This document shows positions 35,816-46,090 of a stretch of DNA of 64,000 nucleotides, in pieces. The position numbers and the translations under genes are program-made. The stretch covers positions 4,535-68,534 of the forward strand of contig JBDHGI010000003.1 of the NCBI GenBank assembly GCA_039589955.1. Direction: 5' to 3'. Within the stretch, counting starts at the first letter, position 1, and each line of letters opens with the position of its first letter. The notes under the pieces are model-generated. The model saw nothing but the letters and a program-made list of their open reading frames with translations, had not been told where the DNA came from and searched no databases. The stretch comes from Gemmatimonadota bacterium (GTDB lineage Bacteria; Gemmatimonadota; Gemmatimonadetes; Longimicrobiales; Gaopeijiaceae).

Positions 35816-37672
35816 TCACTCCCACTCGATGGTGCCCGGGGGCTTGGAGGTCACGTCCAGGAGGAGTCCCGAGACCCCCGACAACGGGAGGATACGCTCT
35901 CGAAGCACGTCGAGGACCGCGGGAGGCAGCTGCACCGGCGTCGCGGTCATGGCGCGCTTGGATCGAACCGGACGCACCACCACGGTCTCCCCGTCCCTTC
36001 CGTCGAGGCTCAAGGGCACCAGAACGGTGGGACACTGCCAGACGTCGTCGTAGATGCCCGCCCGGCGAAGGGCTTCCATCACGATGTAGTCCGCCTCCCG
36101 CAGGAGGTCCAGGCGCTCGCGCGTCATGCTTCCGGCCAGTGGCTCGGCCGTGCGCGGGTGCTCTCCCCCCAGGTTCCACACGCACCGGTTCACGCCCGGG
36201 ACACGGGCGGTGATGGCCGAGACCGCGTGCAGGAGACGGTCCCACGGGACGTCGCCGGAAAGGAGCACGGGGTGCTCGTAGGCGCGCAGGTCCGCCTTCA
36301 CCCCGACGGAGCGGATCGGTAGGGCGAGGGCGTCCAGGCCGTGGGAGCGCGCCAGCTCCTCCACGGCGGGCACCATCTCCCCGAAGCCCTGGCGGTCGGG
36401 CACGCCGTCGCTGCACAGCAGCCTGACCCCCAGGCCGGGTCCTGGGAAAGGGTGTCGCCAGAGGGCCTGATGGGGGATGCCCAGCCGCTCGCCGAGCTCT
36501 CTCACCTCCACCTTGTACAGCTCGGCCAGGGGCTCGACGACCTTGCCGGCCGCGATCATCTCGTCGATGACGGGGACGCGGTTGTGGTGGGTCTTGATGG
36601 TGTCGGCCCGTCGGGTGCCGCCCGTTTCGATGGTGTCGGGATAGATGGTGCCCTGGCCGAGGAGGTGATGCGAGATGTCGAGTCGCTCAGCCTCCTCCTG
36701 GAAGACGGCGATGAAGGCGTCTCCGATGCGGCGCCGCTTCTCCTCGGGCTCGATGACGTCCTCGAGAGCGCGGAGGAAGTCTGCGCTGGCGTCCCGGAAG
36801 TGGACGTGATCTCCCAGGCCGAGGGAGTCGAACATCTCCAGCACCCGTGCGCTTTCGTTCTTGCGCATGAGCCCGTTGTCGATGTGCAGGAGGTGCACCC
36901 GGTCGGGTCCGAGGGCGCGGCCCAGCAGCACGGCGGCCACGGTGGAGTCCACCCCGCCCGACGCCAGCAGGAAGACCGACTCGTCTCCGACCTGCTCGGC
37001 GAGCTTCTGGATCTCCTCGTCCAGGTAGGCTTCCATGGACCAGGTGGGCCGGCATCGGCATATGTCGAGGACGAAGTTCGCGATCATGTCGTCGCCGTGC
37101 ACGGTGTCGTCCACCTCGGGATGGAACTGGAAACCGTAGCGGCGCAGGGAGTCGGAGCCGATGGCCGCGAACCGGTGCTCGCTGTCCCGGCCCGTCACCG
37201 TGTGGCCGATCTCGTCGAACTCCGGACCCACCGAGACCACCGAGTCGTAGTGGCTCATCCAGACCGGCTCGACGGGATCGAGGCCCCTGAAGAGGGGGTG
37301 GTCGACCTTCACGTGAAGGTCGGCTCGGCCCCACTCCCGCCCTCCGTGGGTCACGTCGCCCCCGTAGTGCTTGGCGATCTCCTGGTGTCCGAAGCAGAAC
37401 CCGAGGATGGGGACATCGAGCTCGTAGATCGCCTTGTTGTAGGTGGAGTCCTCGTCGCTGGACGAGAGACTCGGGCTGCCCGAGATGATGATGCCCTTGT
37501 AGGGGAGAAAGGCCTCCAAGGGGTCCTCGGGCTGGCGGATCTCGGCGAGGACGCCTCGACGGCGGATCTTGGTGGTGATGAGATGAGCGTACTGGCCGCC
37601 GAAGTCGATCACGGCGATGGCGTCGTGCAGCAACGGTTCTCCCGGACGGAGGTGGGTGGAGGGTCGGACCAA
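35816..37672 (-). CDS. guaA: GMP synthase (glutamine-hydrolysing), long form
   Basis: GATase motifs IDFGGQYAHLI and GFCFGHQEIA. PP-loop LASGGVDSTVAA. C-terminal IRSVGVKADLRAYEH and KPPGTIEWE. The listed start is a TTG at 37672; an alternative TTG at 37633 gives a more typical N-terminus. Confidence 0.9.
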   Translation of the reverse strand: MVRPSTHLRPGEPLLHDAIAVIDFGGQYAHLITTKIRRRGVLAEIRQPEDPLEAFLPYKGIIISGSPSLSSSDEDSTYNKAIYELDVPILGFCFGHQEIAKHYGGDVTHGGREWGRADLHVKVDHPLFRGLDPVEPVWMSHYDSVVSVGPEFDEIGHTVTGRDSEHRFAAIGSDSLRRYGFQFHPEVDDTVHGDDMIANFVLDICRCRPTWSMEAYLDEEIQKLAEQVGDESVFLLASGGVDSTVAAVLLGRALGPDRVHLLHIDNGLMRKNESARVLEMFDSLGLGDHVHFRDASADFLRALEDVIEPEEKRRRIGDAFIAVFQEEAERLDISHHLLGQGTIYPDTIETGGTRRADTIKTHHNRVPVIDEMIAAGKVVEPLAELYKVEVRELGERLGIPHQALWRHPFPGPGLGVRLLCSDGVPDRQGFGEMVPAVEELARSHGLDALALPIRSVGVKADLRAYEHPVLLSGDVPWDRLLHAVSAITARVPGVNRCVWNLGGEHPRTAEPLAGSMTRERLDLLREADYIVMEALRRAGIYDDVWQCPTVLVPLSLDGRDGETVVVRPVRSKRAMTATPVQLPPAVLDVLRERILPLSGVSGLLLDVTSKPPGTIEWE

Positions 37673-37867
37673 GTCTGGTCAAGCCGACCCGCCGCGGGAA
37701 GCCCTTCCGTCGGCTCCCTGTCCCGAGGCTCTCGCCCGTCGGCCGCCACCTCCTCTCGCTGCCAGGTCCTTTTCTCCCGATGGCGTAGGCGCGACCTTGA
37801 GCTTGCGACTCTCCCGACGGCGCGCGTGTCCACGCGCGGAAGTCTCCCACAACCACGGTGGAGCGTC

Positions 37868-39997
37868 ATGGCCACGGTCGAGAGAGTCCTCGGAATCGTC
37901 GTCCTCGTCCTCCTGGCGTCCCTTGCCCCCGCAAGGGCCCAGGAGAGCCCGTTTCTTTCCCAGCGGACGCACCAGCTGCTGAACGGTGAGATCTCGGGCG
38001 ACGCCGCCTTCGAGACCATCCGCTTCTTCACGCAGTTCCATCGGCTGGGTAACAGCCCGGGATTCACCGCTGCCGCGGATTACCTGCACCGCAAAGCCGA
38101 GGAGTACGGCCTCGAGGACGTACTTCGGCTCAAGCAGCCCGTGGGCACGCCGGCATGGAGCGCCACCGACGGAGAGATCTGGATCACCAGCCCGTTCCTG
38201 ATGAAGCTCGCGGATCACACCGACGTGCAGCTCATGCTGGCTGACTACTCCAGGCCGGCGGACCTGGAAGCCGAGCTCGTGGACGTGGGCGATGGGACGT
38301 CGGCCCGGGACTATGCCGGGGTAGACGTCGCGGGGAAAGTGGTGTTCGCCCGGGGCAATCCCGGTGCCGTCGTGCGCGAGGCCGTGTTCGGGCGGGGCGC
38401 CGCCGGCATCGTGACCACAGCCCTCCGCTCGACCAGCCGACCCTGGGATCACCCCGACCAGATCCCCTGGCAGAGCGTGCCCCGTGCCGCTCCTGACGGG
38501 GTCAGCGCCGACGGTTGGTTCGGCTTCGTGCTCTCGGCGCGAAGGGGAGACGAGCTGGAGTCCCTCCTGGCGGGTCGTGGCGTGCCGGACGAGGTGGCCT
38601 TCACGGGGGCATCTTCCGGTCCAGTGCGGGTGCGGGTCCGTGTCCGCTCGGCCTTCGATGCCTCCGACACGGACACGGAGTTCATCGAGGCACGCATCAA
38701 CGGGAGCGATCCGTCACTGCCGGCCATCGTGTTCACGTGCCACATCCAGGAAGAGAAATTCAGCGCCAACGACGACGCCTCGGGCTGTGCCAACGTCCTT
38801 GAGATCGCCCGGGCCGTCCGACACCTCGTGGACACGGGCATGATCCAGCGGCCCCTGAGAACGCTGCGCTTCTGGGCCGCCAACGAGATCAGCGGTCCGT
38901 ATTGGTACTTCCGGACCTACCCCGAGGAGCGCACGCGCATCATGGCCACCCTTCATCAGGACATGGTTGGGGCCAAGCAGACCGAAGGGAGCCGCGTGCA
39001 GCACATCATCCGCAGTCCCCACCACCAGCAATCCTACGTGGCCGACGTGGTCGAGAGCATCGCCGAGGCGGTGATTCGCGGCAATTCCGGGTACCTGGCC
39101 GCGAGGCAGGCCGGCGGCCCCTATCCCTTCTCCAAGCCCCTGTTCTCCCGACTTGGGACGCGAGACGGATACCGCGCCGAGATCGTGCCCAACTTCAACA
39201 ACTCGGACCACATGGTCTTCAACGACGGGATCATCGGGATACCCGCCGTGGGGTTCATCAACTGGCCCGACGACTTCATCCACTCCTCGGACGACGACCT
39301 CTGGCAGATCGATCCCACGCAGCTCAAGCGGAACGCCTTCATCATCGCGGCCGCCGGCCTGTACATGGCCAACGCCCGAGCCGCCGACGTTCCGAGCCTG
39401 CTGGCGGAGGTGGAAGGCCGGGGGGCGAAGCGCCTGGGCAACGATCTCCGCGTGTCTCTGGCCGAGGTGGCCTCTGCGGCACCCGGCGACCGGATCCAGG
39501 CCTTCAAGACCGCCTCGTTCATCCTGGATGCGGCGCTCATGCGGGAGACCCGTGCCGTGAGCAGCGTCCTCGAGCTCGCCGGTGACGACCCCGCAGCCCG
39601 CCGCGCGGTGACGGCAGCCGCTCAGCGGGTGAGCCAGCGTGTGGAGAGTCTCCGGGCGAGCCTGGCGGGATTCCACGAGAGCGTCGCCGGGACCCGGCCG
39701 GGAGCCGTACGGTTGAGCCAGGAGGAAGAGGCCGCGGACGCCAGGATACCCGCCAACATAGATGACGTGGACCGGTACCTGAGCGATCGGCCACGGCCCG
39801 CGACGGGGCTCACCTCCCTGATGACCTTCTCCACGTGGGGGCACGTCGACGGTCGAGCGAGCTTTCTGGACATCTACAAGCAGGTGATGGCCGAGGCCAA
39901 GGTGCACGGGGCGTGGTACTACGGCTCGGTATCACTGGACCAGGTGGTGCGCACCCTGGATGCCGGGTTGGAGGCCGGAGTCCTCCGGTTGCGCTGA
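37868..39997 (+). CDS. Secreted M28-family aminopeptidase with PA domain
   Basis: Real start is the ATG at 37868 (MATVERVLGIVVLVLLASLAPARAQ); the upstream 509 codons of the track ORF are antisense to guaA. PA-like DVAGKVVFARG. M28 motif NDDASGCANVLEIARA. Confidence 0.85.
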   Translation: MATVERVLGIVVLVLLASLAPARAQESPFLSQRTHQLLNGEISGDAAFETIRFFTQFHRLGNSPGFTAAADYLHRKAEEYGLEDVLRLKQPVGTPAWSATDGEIWITSPFLMKLADHTDVQLMLADYSRPADLEAELVDVGDGTSARDYAGVDVAGKVVFARGNPGAVVREAVFGRGAAGIVTTALRSTSRPWDHPDQIPWQSVPRAAPDGVSADGWFGFVLSARRGDELESLLAGRGVPDEVAFTGASSGPVRVRVRVRSAFDASDTDTEFIEARINGSDPSLPAIVFTCHIQEEKFSANDDASGCANVLEIARAVRHLVDTGMIQRPLRTLRFWAANEISGPYWYFRTYPEERTRIMATLHQDMVGAKQTEGSRVQHIIRSPHHQQSYVADVVESIAEAVIRGNSGYLAARQAGGPYPFSKPLFSRLGTRDGYRAEIVPNFNNSDHMVFNDGIIGIPAVGFINWPDDFIHSSDDDLWQIDPTQLKRNAFIIAAAGLYMANARAADVPSLLAEVEGRGAKRLGNDLRVSLAEVASAAPGDRIQAFKTASFILDAALMRETRAVSSVLELAGDDPAARRAVTAAAQRVSQRVESLRASLAGFHESVAGTRPGAVRLSQEEEAADARIPANIDDVDRYLSDRPRPATGLTSLMTFSTWGHVDGRASFLDIYKQVMAEAKVHGAWYYGSVSLDQVVRTLDAGLEAGVLRLR

Positions 39998-40084
39998 TCG
40001 GTGCGGCTGGACCCAGTCGAGACGCCCTGCCGGCACGGGTCGCGCCGGAGCGGTAGCCAAGACCTTTGACGGGAGCGCCTCCGG

Positions 40085-40107
40085 AGCCTAAATTAGGCTA
40101 GCCTAAA
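40085..40107. promoter_or_regulatory. DtxR/IdeR-type iron-box-like operator
   Basis: Perfect 14-bp palindrome TTAGGCTAGCCTAA at 40093-40106, overlapping a second 5-1-5 palindrome CCTAAaTTAGG (40087-40097). AGCCTAAA occurs twice (40085-40092, 40100-40107). The operator lies 18 nt upstream of the ATG of the DtxR-like gene and gives 13/19 matches to my recollection of the IdeR/DtxR consensus TTAGGTTAGGCTAACCTAA. Confidence 0.7.
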
Positions 40108-40124
40108 CTTTGTCCCCGAGATCC

Positions 40125-41165
40125 ATGGTCAATCCGGCGCTGGCGCTGGCGGTCTTCGGCGTCCTGGTCATCCTGACGACACTGCTCCTCTGGCCCCGGT
40201 GGGGCTTGCTGCCTCGCCTTCTGCGGGCGGCGCGTCTGGACGAGCGCATCCGACTGGAGGACGCGCTGAAGCACGTGTACACGTGTGAGCGGCGGCGACA
40301 GCCGTGCAGCCTGGAGAGCATGGCCGGTCGCCTCGGCGTCTCCACGTCCGACGCCGCGACGCTCCTCGCGCGGCTCTCGTCCTTGGGGCTGGTGAGGACC
40401 ACGTCCCGGGGGACCGTTCTGACGGAGGCCGGCACCGAGTCGGCGGTTCGGATCGTCCGGACCCACCGCATGTGGGAGCGCTACCTGGCGGATCGCACGG
40501 GTGTGCCCCCCGGCGAGTGGCATGACCATGCCGAACGCATGGAGCACGCTCTTTCGCCCGACGAGGTGGATGCCCTGGAGACGCGTCTGGGCCATCCCCG
40601 TTGGGACCCCCACGGAGATCCCATTCCCACCTCCAGCGGTGAGGTCCCTCCGGCCCGGGGCATCAGCCTCGTGAGCGCCGAGGTGGGAAGGACGGTCGAG
40701 ATCGTACACCTGGAGGACGAGCCCCAGGACATCTACGATGCCTTGCTGGGAGAGGGCATGGCGCCAGGGGTGCGGCTGGACGTTCTGGAAGTGGACGGGC
40801 CGGCGGTGCGTGTGAGGGCCGGGGGGCGCGAGTGGAGCCTGGATCCCGTCTCGGCGCAGAATGTGACGGTGCGGCACCTCCCGCCTGGGGAGCGGGCCAG
40901 GGGGCTCGAGGACACCCTCGCCGACACCAGGCCGCGGGAGACGGTGGAGGTCGTGGGGATCTCTCCGGCCTGTCAGGGGATCCAGCGGCGTCGTCTCCTG
41001 GACCTCGGCGTGGTACCGGGGACGCGCGTCACGGCGGAGCTCACGAGCGCCGCAGGTGACCCGGTGGCCTACGACATACGTGGGGCTCTCATCGCCCTTC
41101 GGCGGGAGCAGGCCGCGTGGATCTACGTGCGTCCCGCCCCCCAGAGCGATCGGGCGGTCGTCTGA
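40125..41165 (+). CDS. Membrane-anchored DtxR/MntR-family metalloregulator fused to two FeoA (SH3-like) domains
   Basis: ATG at 40125 (the track start at 40110 is a TTG inside the operator). N-terminal TM helix [19 protein letters not shown]. DtxR HTH and dimerisation region [21 protein letters not shown]...[12 protein letters not shown]...[13 protein letters not shown]. Two FeoA-like modules: [12 protein letters not shown]...GVRLDVLEV and [31 protein letters not shown]...[13 protein letters not shown]. Confidence 0.85.
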   Translation: MVNPALALAVFGVLVILTTLLLWPRWGLLPRLLRAARLDERIRLEDALKHVYTCERRRQPCSLESMAGRLGVSTSDAATLLARLSSLGLVRTTSRGTVLTEAGTESAVRIVRTHRMWERYLADRTGVPPGEWHDHAERMEHALSPDEVDALETRLGHPRWDPHGDPIPTSSGEVPPARGISLVSAEVGRTVEIVHLEDEPQDIYDALLGEGMAPGVRLDVLEVDGPAVRVRAGGREWSLDPVSAQNVTVRHLPPGERARGLEDTLADTRPRETVEVVGISPACQGIQRRRLLDLGVVPGTRVTAELTSAAGDPVAYDIRGALIALRREQAAWIYVRPAPQSDRAVV

Positions 41166-43384
41166 TGTCCGCTCCAGCGAGCGCCCCTCGCCCGGGCTGC
41201 AGCGAGCACCGCCGGCAGAGCCTGGTGCGTCTGGGCCTGAGCCCCGACCGGTGGGACGTGCTGGTCGCCCTGGCGGGAAACCCCAACGTGGGGAAGAGCA
41301 CGGTCTTCAACGCCCTCACCGGTCTTCGGCAGCATACCGGGAATTGGCCGGGCAAGACCGTGGTCCGGGCCGAGGGAGCCTTCGCCCACGCGGGTCGCCG
41401 GATGAAGGTCGTGGACCTTCCCGGAACCTACTCCCTCCAGGCCGGGAGCGAGGACGAGGAGGTGGCTCGGGACTTCATCCTCTTCGGCCGCCCCGACGTC
41501 ACGGTGGTGGTGGTGGACGCCACCCGGCTGGAGCGCAACCTCAACCTGGTCCTCCAGATCCTCGAGATCACGGACCGGGTGGTCGTGTACCTGAACCTCG
41601 TCGACGAGGCACGGAGGCACGGCATCGCCATCGACGCCGGGAAGCTCGAGGCGGAGTTGGGCGTCCCCGTGATTCCCGGTGTCGCCCGGGAGGGGGCGGG
41701 CATCGACGACCTGTTGGCGGTGGTGACCCGGATCGCGGAAGGTGAGCACCGCACCTCACCGTACCGCGTCGAACGACACGCTCCCGAGGTCGAGGACGCC
41801 ATCGGAGCGCTGGCTCCCCTCGTGGACGAGGTCTTCTCATCGGTGCCCAACTCCCGGTGGGTCTCTCTGCGCCTCCTCAACGCCGACGAAGCGGTGGTGG
41901 AGGCGGTGCGCTCCGGTGAGCTGGGTCACCTGGACGGGGATGGATCCACCGCGATGGCCGATGCGGCACCCGAGGACCAGCGGGAGCGGGTTCTGGCCAG
42001 GGCCCAGGAGCTGCGATGGGAGCTCCCGGTGGACTTCCACGACTCCATCGTGGAGCGGACCTACGCGGCGGCGGAGGAGGTGGCTTCCCGGGTCCAGATG
42101 AGGGGCCTGAAGAAGGCGGGTTTCGACCTCGACCGGAAGCTGGACCGGCTGCTCACCAGCCGCTGGCTCGGCTTCCCGCTCATGCTCGCCATCCTCGCCG
42201 CCGTGTTCTGGATCACCATCGAGGGGGCCAACGTACCGTCGGGGATGCTGGCCACGCTCCTCATCGACACCGTACACCCCTGGCTGGCGGATCTCGGTGG
42301 CGGCCTCGGCATGCCCTGGTGGCTGACCGGCTTCCTGTTCGATGGCGTCTACCTCGCTACGGCCTGGGTCGTGAGCGTGATGCTCCCGCCCATGGCGATC
42401 TTCTTTCCGCTGTTCACCTTGCTGGAGGATTTCGGATACCTGCCCCGGGTGGCCTTCAACCTGGACTCGTTGTTCAGGAGGGCAGGTGCCCACGGGAAGC
42501 AGGCGTTGACCATGTGCATGGGCTTCGGGTGCAACGCCGCCGGGGTCGTGTCCACCCGGGTCATCGACAGTCCCCGCGAGCGTCTCATCGCCATCATCAC
42601 CAACAACTTCTCTCTCTGCAACGGACGCTGGCCGACGCAGATCCTCATCGCCGCCATCTTCGTGGGCGCCCTTGCGCCGGCGCACCTCGCGGGACTCGTG
42701 TCCTCCGCGGCCGTGGTGGGCATCGCGCTCCTCGGGATCGCCTTCATGTTCCTGGCCTCCTGGGGCCTGTCCCATACGGTCCTCAGGGGTGAGGCCACGA
42801 GCTTCAGCCTGGAGCTCCCGCCCTATCGTCCCCCGCGCATCTTGCAGACGCTGTATACGTCGGTCATCGACCGGACGCTCATCGTCCTTTGGCGTGCCGT
42901 CGTATTCGCCGTTCCGGCGGGAGCGGTGATCTGGCTCGTTTCGAACATCCAGATAGGAGACCTGAGCCTGGCCGAGCACGCCGTGGGCTGGCTGGATCCT
43001 CTCGGGATCCTCATCGGCCTGAACGGCGTCATCCTCCTCGCCTACGTGGTAGCCATCCCCGCCAACGAGATCGTCATCCCGACGGTGCTCATGCTCACCG
43101 TGCTGACAACGGGCATGGCCGGCGGGGCGGGAACCGGTGTGATGTTCGAGCTCGAAAGCGTCACGGCCACTGGGGACATCCTGAGGGCCGGCGGTTGGAC
43201 GCTCCTCACCGCCGTCTGCCTCATGCTCTTCAGCCTGCTGCACAACCCCTGCTCCACCACCATCTACACCATCTACAAGGAGACCGGCAGCGCGAAGTGG
43301 ACCACCGTCGCGACGATGCTCCCCCTGGCCATGGGCTTCGTCGTCTGCTTCCTGGTGACGCAGGTCTGGCGGCTGATGGCCTAG
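41165..43384 (+). CDS. feoB: Ferrous iron transporter FeoB
   Basis: The ATG at 41165 overlaps the upstream stop (TGATG). G-domain motifs [18 protein letters not shown] and VDLPGTYSL. Long polytopic membrane domain. Confidence 0.92.
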   Translation: MSAPASAPRPGCSEHRRQSLVRLGLSPDRWDVLVALAGNPNVGKSTVFNALTGLRQHTGNWPGKTVVRAEGAFAHAGRRMKVVDLPGTYSLQAGSEDEEVARDFILFGRPDVTVVVVDATRLERNLNLVLQILEITDRVVVYLNLVDEARRHGIAIDAGKLEAELGVPVIPGVAREGAGIDDLLAVVTRIAEGEHRTSPYRVERHAPEVEDAIGALAPLVDEVFSSVPNSRWVSLRLLNADEAVVEAVRSGELGHLDGDGSTAMADAAPEDQRERVLARAQELRWELPVDFHDSIVERTYAAAEEVASRVQMRGLKKAGFDLDRKLDRLLTSRWLGFPLMLAILAAVFWITIEGANVPSGMLATLLIDTVHPWLADLGGGLGMPWWLTGFLFDGVYLATAWVVSVMLPPMAIFFPLFTLLEDFGYLPRVAFNLDSLFRRAGAHGKQALTMCMGFGCNAAGVVSTRVIDSPRERLIAIITNNFSLCNGRWPTQILIAAIFVGALAPAHLAGLVSSAAVVGIALLGIAFMFLASWGLSHTVLRGEATSFSLELPPYRPPRILQTLYTSVIDRTLIVLWRAVVFAVPAGAVIWLVSNIQIGDLSLAEHAVGWLDPLGILIGLNGVILLAYVVAIPANEIVIPTVLMLTVLTTGMAGGAGTGVMFELESVTATGDILRAGGWTLLTAVCLMLFSLLHNPCSTTIYTIYKETGSAKWTTVATMLPLAMGFVVCFLVTQVWRLMA

Positions 43385-43644
43385 AAGGGTGATCGGAAAG
43401 GGGAGTGGGCCTCGCCGCCCAGGGGGCACCCGGGGTCTCGCGAGGCTAAGACAAGGAACGCCGACGAGTCGTAGCAGGGTTACGGCGAGGAGAAGAGACG
43501 ACGTATGAGCCCGCGACACCCCTGCGCCCGCACCGGTGTGGAGACTAACAGCTTTAAAGGTCGCGGGTTACGGCGGCACGGCCTAGGATCTGAGGCCGTG
43601 GCGCGCGTAACGAGGCCCGCTCCCCTTTCCGATCACCCTTCTAG
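43381..43644. repeat. 264-bp element bounded by 34-bp terminal inverted repeats (MITE-like or structured RNA)
   Basis: The left arm CTAGAAGGGTGATCGGAAAGGGGAGTGGGCCTCG (43381-43414) is the reverse complement of the right arm (43611-43644) except for one position (T43406 opposite G43619). No ORF of at least 60 aa on the + strand. Confidence 0.7.
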
Positions 43645-43783
43645 CCCGAGCCCGGCGTAGGGGTTTTCCCCATTTCACCGTTCGGGCTCAAGCCCCAATA
43701 TTTGATAAGCCGTACAGGTAAAGACGCACGGGCTCAACCTGCCGCGCCCTGCGGCGACCCTCCTGCCCGAAGGGGAGGGTTGT

Positions 43784-46036
43784 ATGGTAGAGATCCGGAT
43801 TCACGGCCGAGGTGGACAGGGGGGAGTCACCCTGGCGAAGCTGCTCGCCACCTCGCGCTTCCTCAAGGGACAGTCCGTCCAGGCTTTCGGGCTCTATGCC
43901 GCGGAGCGATCCGGAGCTCCCGTTCAGGCCTACTGCCGGTTCGACGACGAAGAGATCACGAACCGGAACCTCATCTACGAGCCTGACCACGTCGTCGTCC
44001 TGGATCCCACGTTGGTGGGACCGGCGATCCTGGGGGGGCTGAAGGCCGGTGGGTGGATCCTTCTCAACACGATCGCCACGCCGGAGTCCCTGTCCGCAGA
44101 GTTCCCGGAGAACCGCGTGGCCACGGTGGACGCGACGGCCATCGCCCGTGGCCATGGGCTGGGCACCCGAAGCGTGCCCATCGTCAACACCGCCCTGGCC
44201 GGCGCCGTCGCGAAGCTCCTGGATCTGCCCCTGGAGGAGATTCTGGCGGCGCTCGATCACCTGGGCTTCGGAGGTGGGAACGTCGATGCCGCGCGGGACG
44301 CGTACCGACTGGTGGCGGAGCACGGTCCACAGCGAGAGGCCGGCTCTCGGGACGGCGATGCCCGGCCGGGCGCCATCGGGCGCGGTCCCTCCTTCCTGGC
44401 CGGCGCGGGGGGCGACCTGCCGGGAATCAAGACGGGCCAATGGGCCAACGAGCAGCCCAAGCGCCAGCAGTACGTGCCGCCGTGCAACCACGTCTGCCCG
44501 GCCGGGAACGACGTGCAGGGCTTCCTGCACGCGCTGGCCGAGCACCGGGTCGACGACGCACTGGAGATCCTGTTGCGCACGTCTCCGTTTCCCGCCACAT
44601 GCGGGCGCGTCTGTCCGGCGCCGTGCATGGCGTCGTGCAACCGCATCCAGCTGGACGGTGCGGTGAACGTACGCGAGCTGGAGCGCTACGCCGGGGACAA
44701 GGGGGAGGTCAAGCTCGTGCCCGCCGAGCGCAGGGAGGAGCGGGTGGCCGTCGTCGGATCGGGTCCCGCGGGCCTGGCGGCGGCGTATCACCTCGCGCTC
44801 TACGGGTACGGCGTCACGCTCTACGAGGCAGGCTCGGAGCTCGGAGGGCTCCTGCGCACCGGGATACCGGAGTTCCGCCTTCCCGCCGCTGTGCTGGACC
44901 GTGAGCTGGACCGCGTCCTGGACCTGGGTGTCGAGGCTGTGACCGGCGTTTTCATCAATCGCGAGCGCCTGCTGGAGCTGGCCCGCAATCACGACGCCGT
45001 TCTGGTGGCAACCGGGCTGCAGGAGCTCCGTGCCCTGCGTCTAGGGGTCGGGGAGGTGGAGATGGTCTCCCAGGGGATCGACTTTCTGGACCAGGTCCGC
45101 TCGGGAGTCCCGATCCGCGTGGACGGGGAGGACGTGGTGGTGGTGGGCGGCGGGAACACCGCCATGGACGCGGCCCGGACCGCCCTCCGGCTCGGCGCCG
45201 CCTCCGTGCGGGTGGTCTATCGACGCACGCGGAAGGAGATGCCGGCCATCGCCGAGGAGATCGAAGAGGCGCTGGAGGAAGGGGTCGAAATCGACTTCCT
45301 CACCCAGCCCGTGGCTGTCCAGCGGATGGCTCAGGCGGACGGTGACACTGGTGAGCAACACCTCGCGTGCCGACGCATGGAGCTGGGAGAGCCCGACTCG
45401 TCGGGGCGGCGACGTCCGGTGGAGGTGCCCGACTCGGAGTTCTCTCTTCCCTGCCATCGGGTCATTCTGGCTCTCGGGCAGTCGCCCGACCTGTCGGTGT
45501 TCCCCGAGGGGACGGAGGTCCGGGAGGGAGCGGAGCTGCTGGGTCTGCTGGAGACTCCCGTATATGCGGTCGGAGACCTGGCCACCAATGACGGAACCGT
45601 GGCCGCCGCTCTGGGCAGCGGCCGGCGGGTGGCCATGCACATACACCAGACCCTCACCGGTGAGGTCGTGGTATCCGGCGAGCAGACCCGGGTGCGCTCG
45701 GACGTGGACGTGTGGCATGACGAGGTCATCCGGGACGAGGCGTTACGGATGCACCTCTTCGAACGTAGGCCCGTGGAGAGCGGTGAGGTCATCGGTCTGG
45801 AGCGACGCCACACGACGTTCGACGAGATTCACGCCGGCCTGCCCAGCGCGGGGGAAGCCAAGCGCTGCCTGTCCTGCGGAGTGTGCAACGAGTGCGACAT
45901 CTGTGTGACGTATTGCCCGGAGGGCGTGCTCAAGCGGGTAGGTCACGACCTGGTGTTCGACTACGGCTACTGCAAGGGCTGCGGCATCTGCGTCACGGAG
46001 TGCCCGAGAAACGTGGTCTTCATGAGCCATCTGTAG
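43784..46036 (+). CDS. Fusion protein: 2-oxoacid:ferredoxin oxidoreductase gamma subunit, GltD/NfnB-like NAD(P)H flavoprotein, and delta (2x[4Fe-4S]) subunit
   Basis: PorG part: MVEIRIHGRGGQGGVTLAKLL...VVVLDPTL. GltD-like Fe-S region: CNHVCPAGNDV...ATCGRVCPAPCMASC. Dinucleotide folds: VAVVGSGPAGLAAAYHL and VVVVGGGNTAMDAAR. PorD part: CLSCGVCNECDICVTYCP and YCKGCGICVTECP. Confidence 0.88.
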   Translation: MVEIRIHGRGGQGGVTLAKLLATSRFLKGQSVQAFGLYAAERSGAPVQAYCRFDDEEITNRNLIYEPDHVVVLDPTLVGPAILGGLKAGGWILLNTIATPESLSAEFPENRVATVDATAIARGHGLGTRSVPIVNTALAGAVAKLLDLPLEEILAALDHLGFGGGNVDAARDAYRLVAEHGPQREAGSRDGDARPGAIGRGPSFLAGAGGDLPGIKTGQWANEQPKRQQYVPPCNHVCPAGNDVQGFLHALAEHRVDDALEILLRTSPFPATCGRVCPAPCMASCNRIQLDGAVNVRELERYAGDKGEVKLVPAERREERVAVVGSGPAGLAAAYHLALYGYGVTLYEAGSELGGLLRTGIPEFRLPAAVLDRELDRVLDLGVEAVTGVFINRERLLELARNHDAVLVATGLQELRALRLGVGEVEMVSQGIDFLDQVRSGVPIRVDGEDVVVVGGGNTAMDAARTALRLGAASVRVVYRRTRKEMPAIAEEIEEALEEGVEIDFLTQPVAVQRMAQADGDTGEQHLACRRMELGEPDSSGRRRPVEVPDSEFSLPCHRVILALGQSPDLSVFPEGTEVREGAELLGLLETPVYAVGDLATNDGTVAAALGSGRRVAMHIHQTLTGEVVVSGEQTRVRSDVDVWHDEVIRDEALRMHLFERRPVESGEVIGLERRHTTFDEIHAGLPSAGEAKRCLSCGVCNECDICVTYCPEGVLKRVGHDLVFDYGYCKGCGICVTECPRNVVFMSHL

Positions 46037-46090
46037 GCACGTCCCGTCGGCGCCGCCGATCGGGCCTGAACCGAAAAAGGAAGAGCGACG

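Noticed and set aside
36341-37867. First 509 codons of the 1218-aa ORF 36341..39997
   Set aside because: This part is antisense to guaA. The M28 peptidase has its own ATG at 37868, followed by a signal peptide.
43381-43644. The inverted-repeat element as a known RNA (RNase P, tmRNA, SRP, 6S, yybP-ykoY/TPP/cobalamin riboswitch) or a retron msr-msd
   Set aside because: I found none of the conserved cores: no GGAAAGTCCGGGC-type RNase P motif, no tRNA-like T-arm or tag ORF, no SRP GGAA/AGCA motif. It is too long, and its stem too perfect, for 6S or for riboswitches. No reverse transcriptase gene is adjacent. It is kept as an unclassified element.
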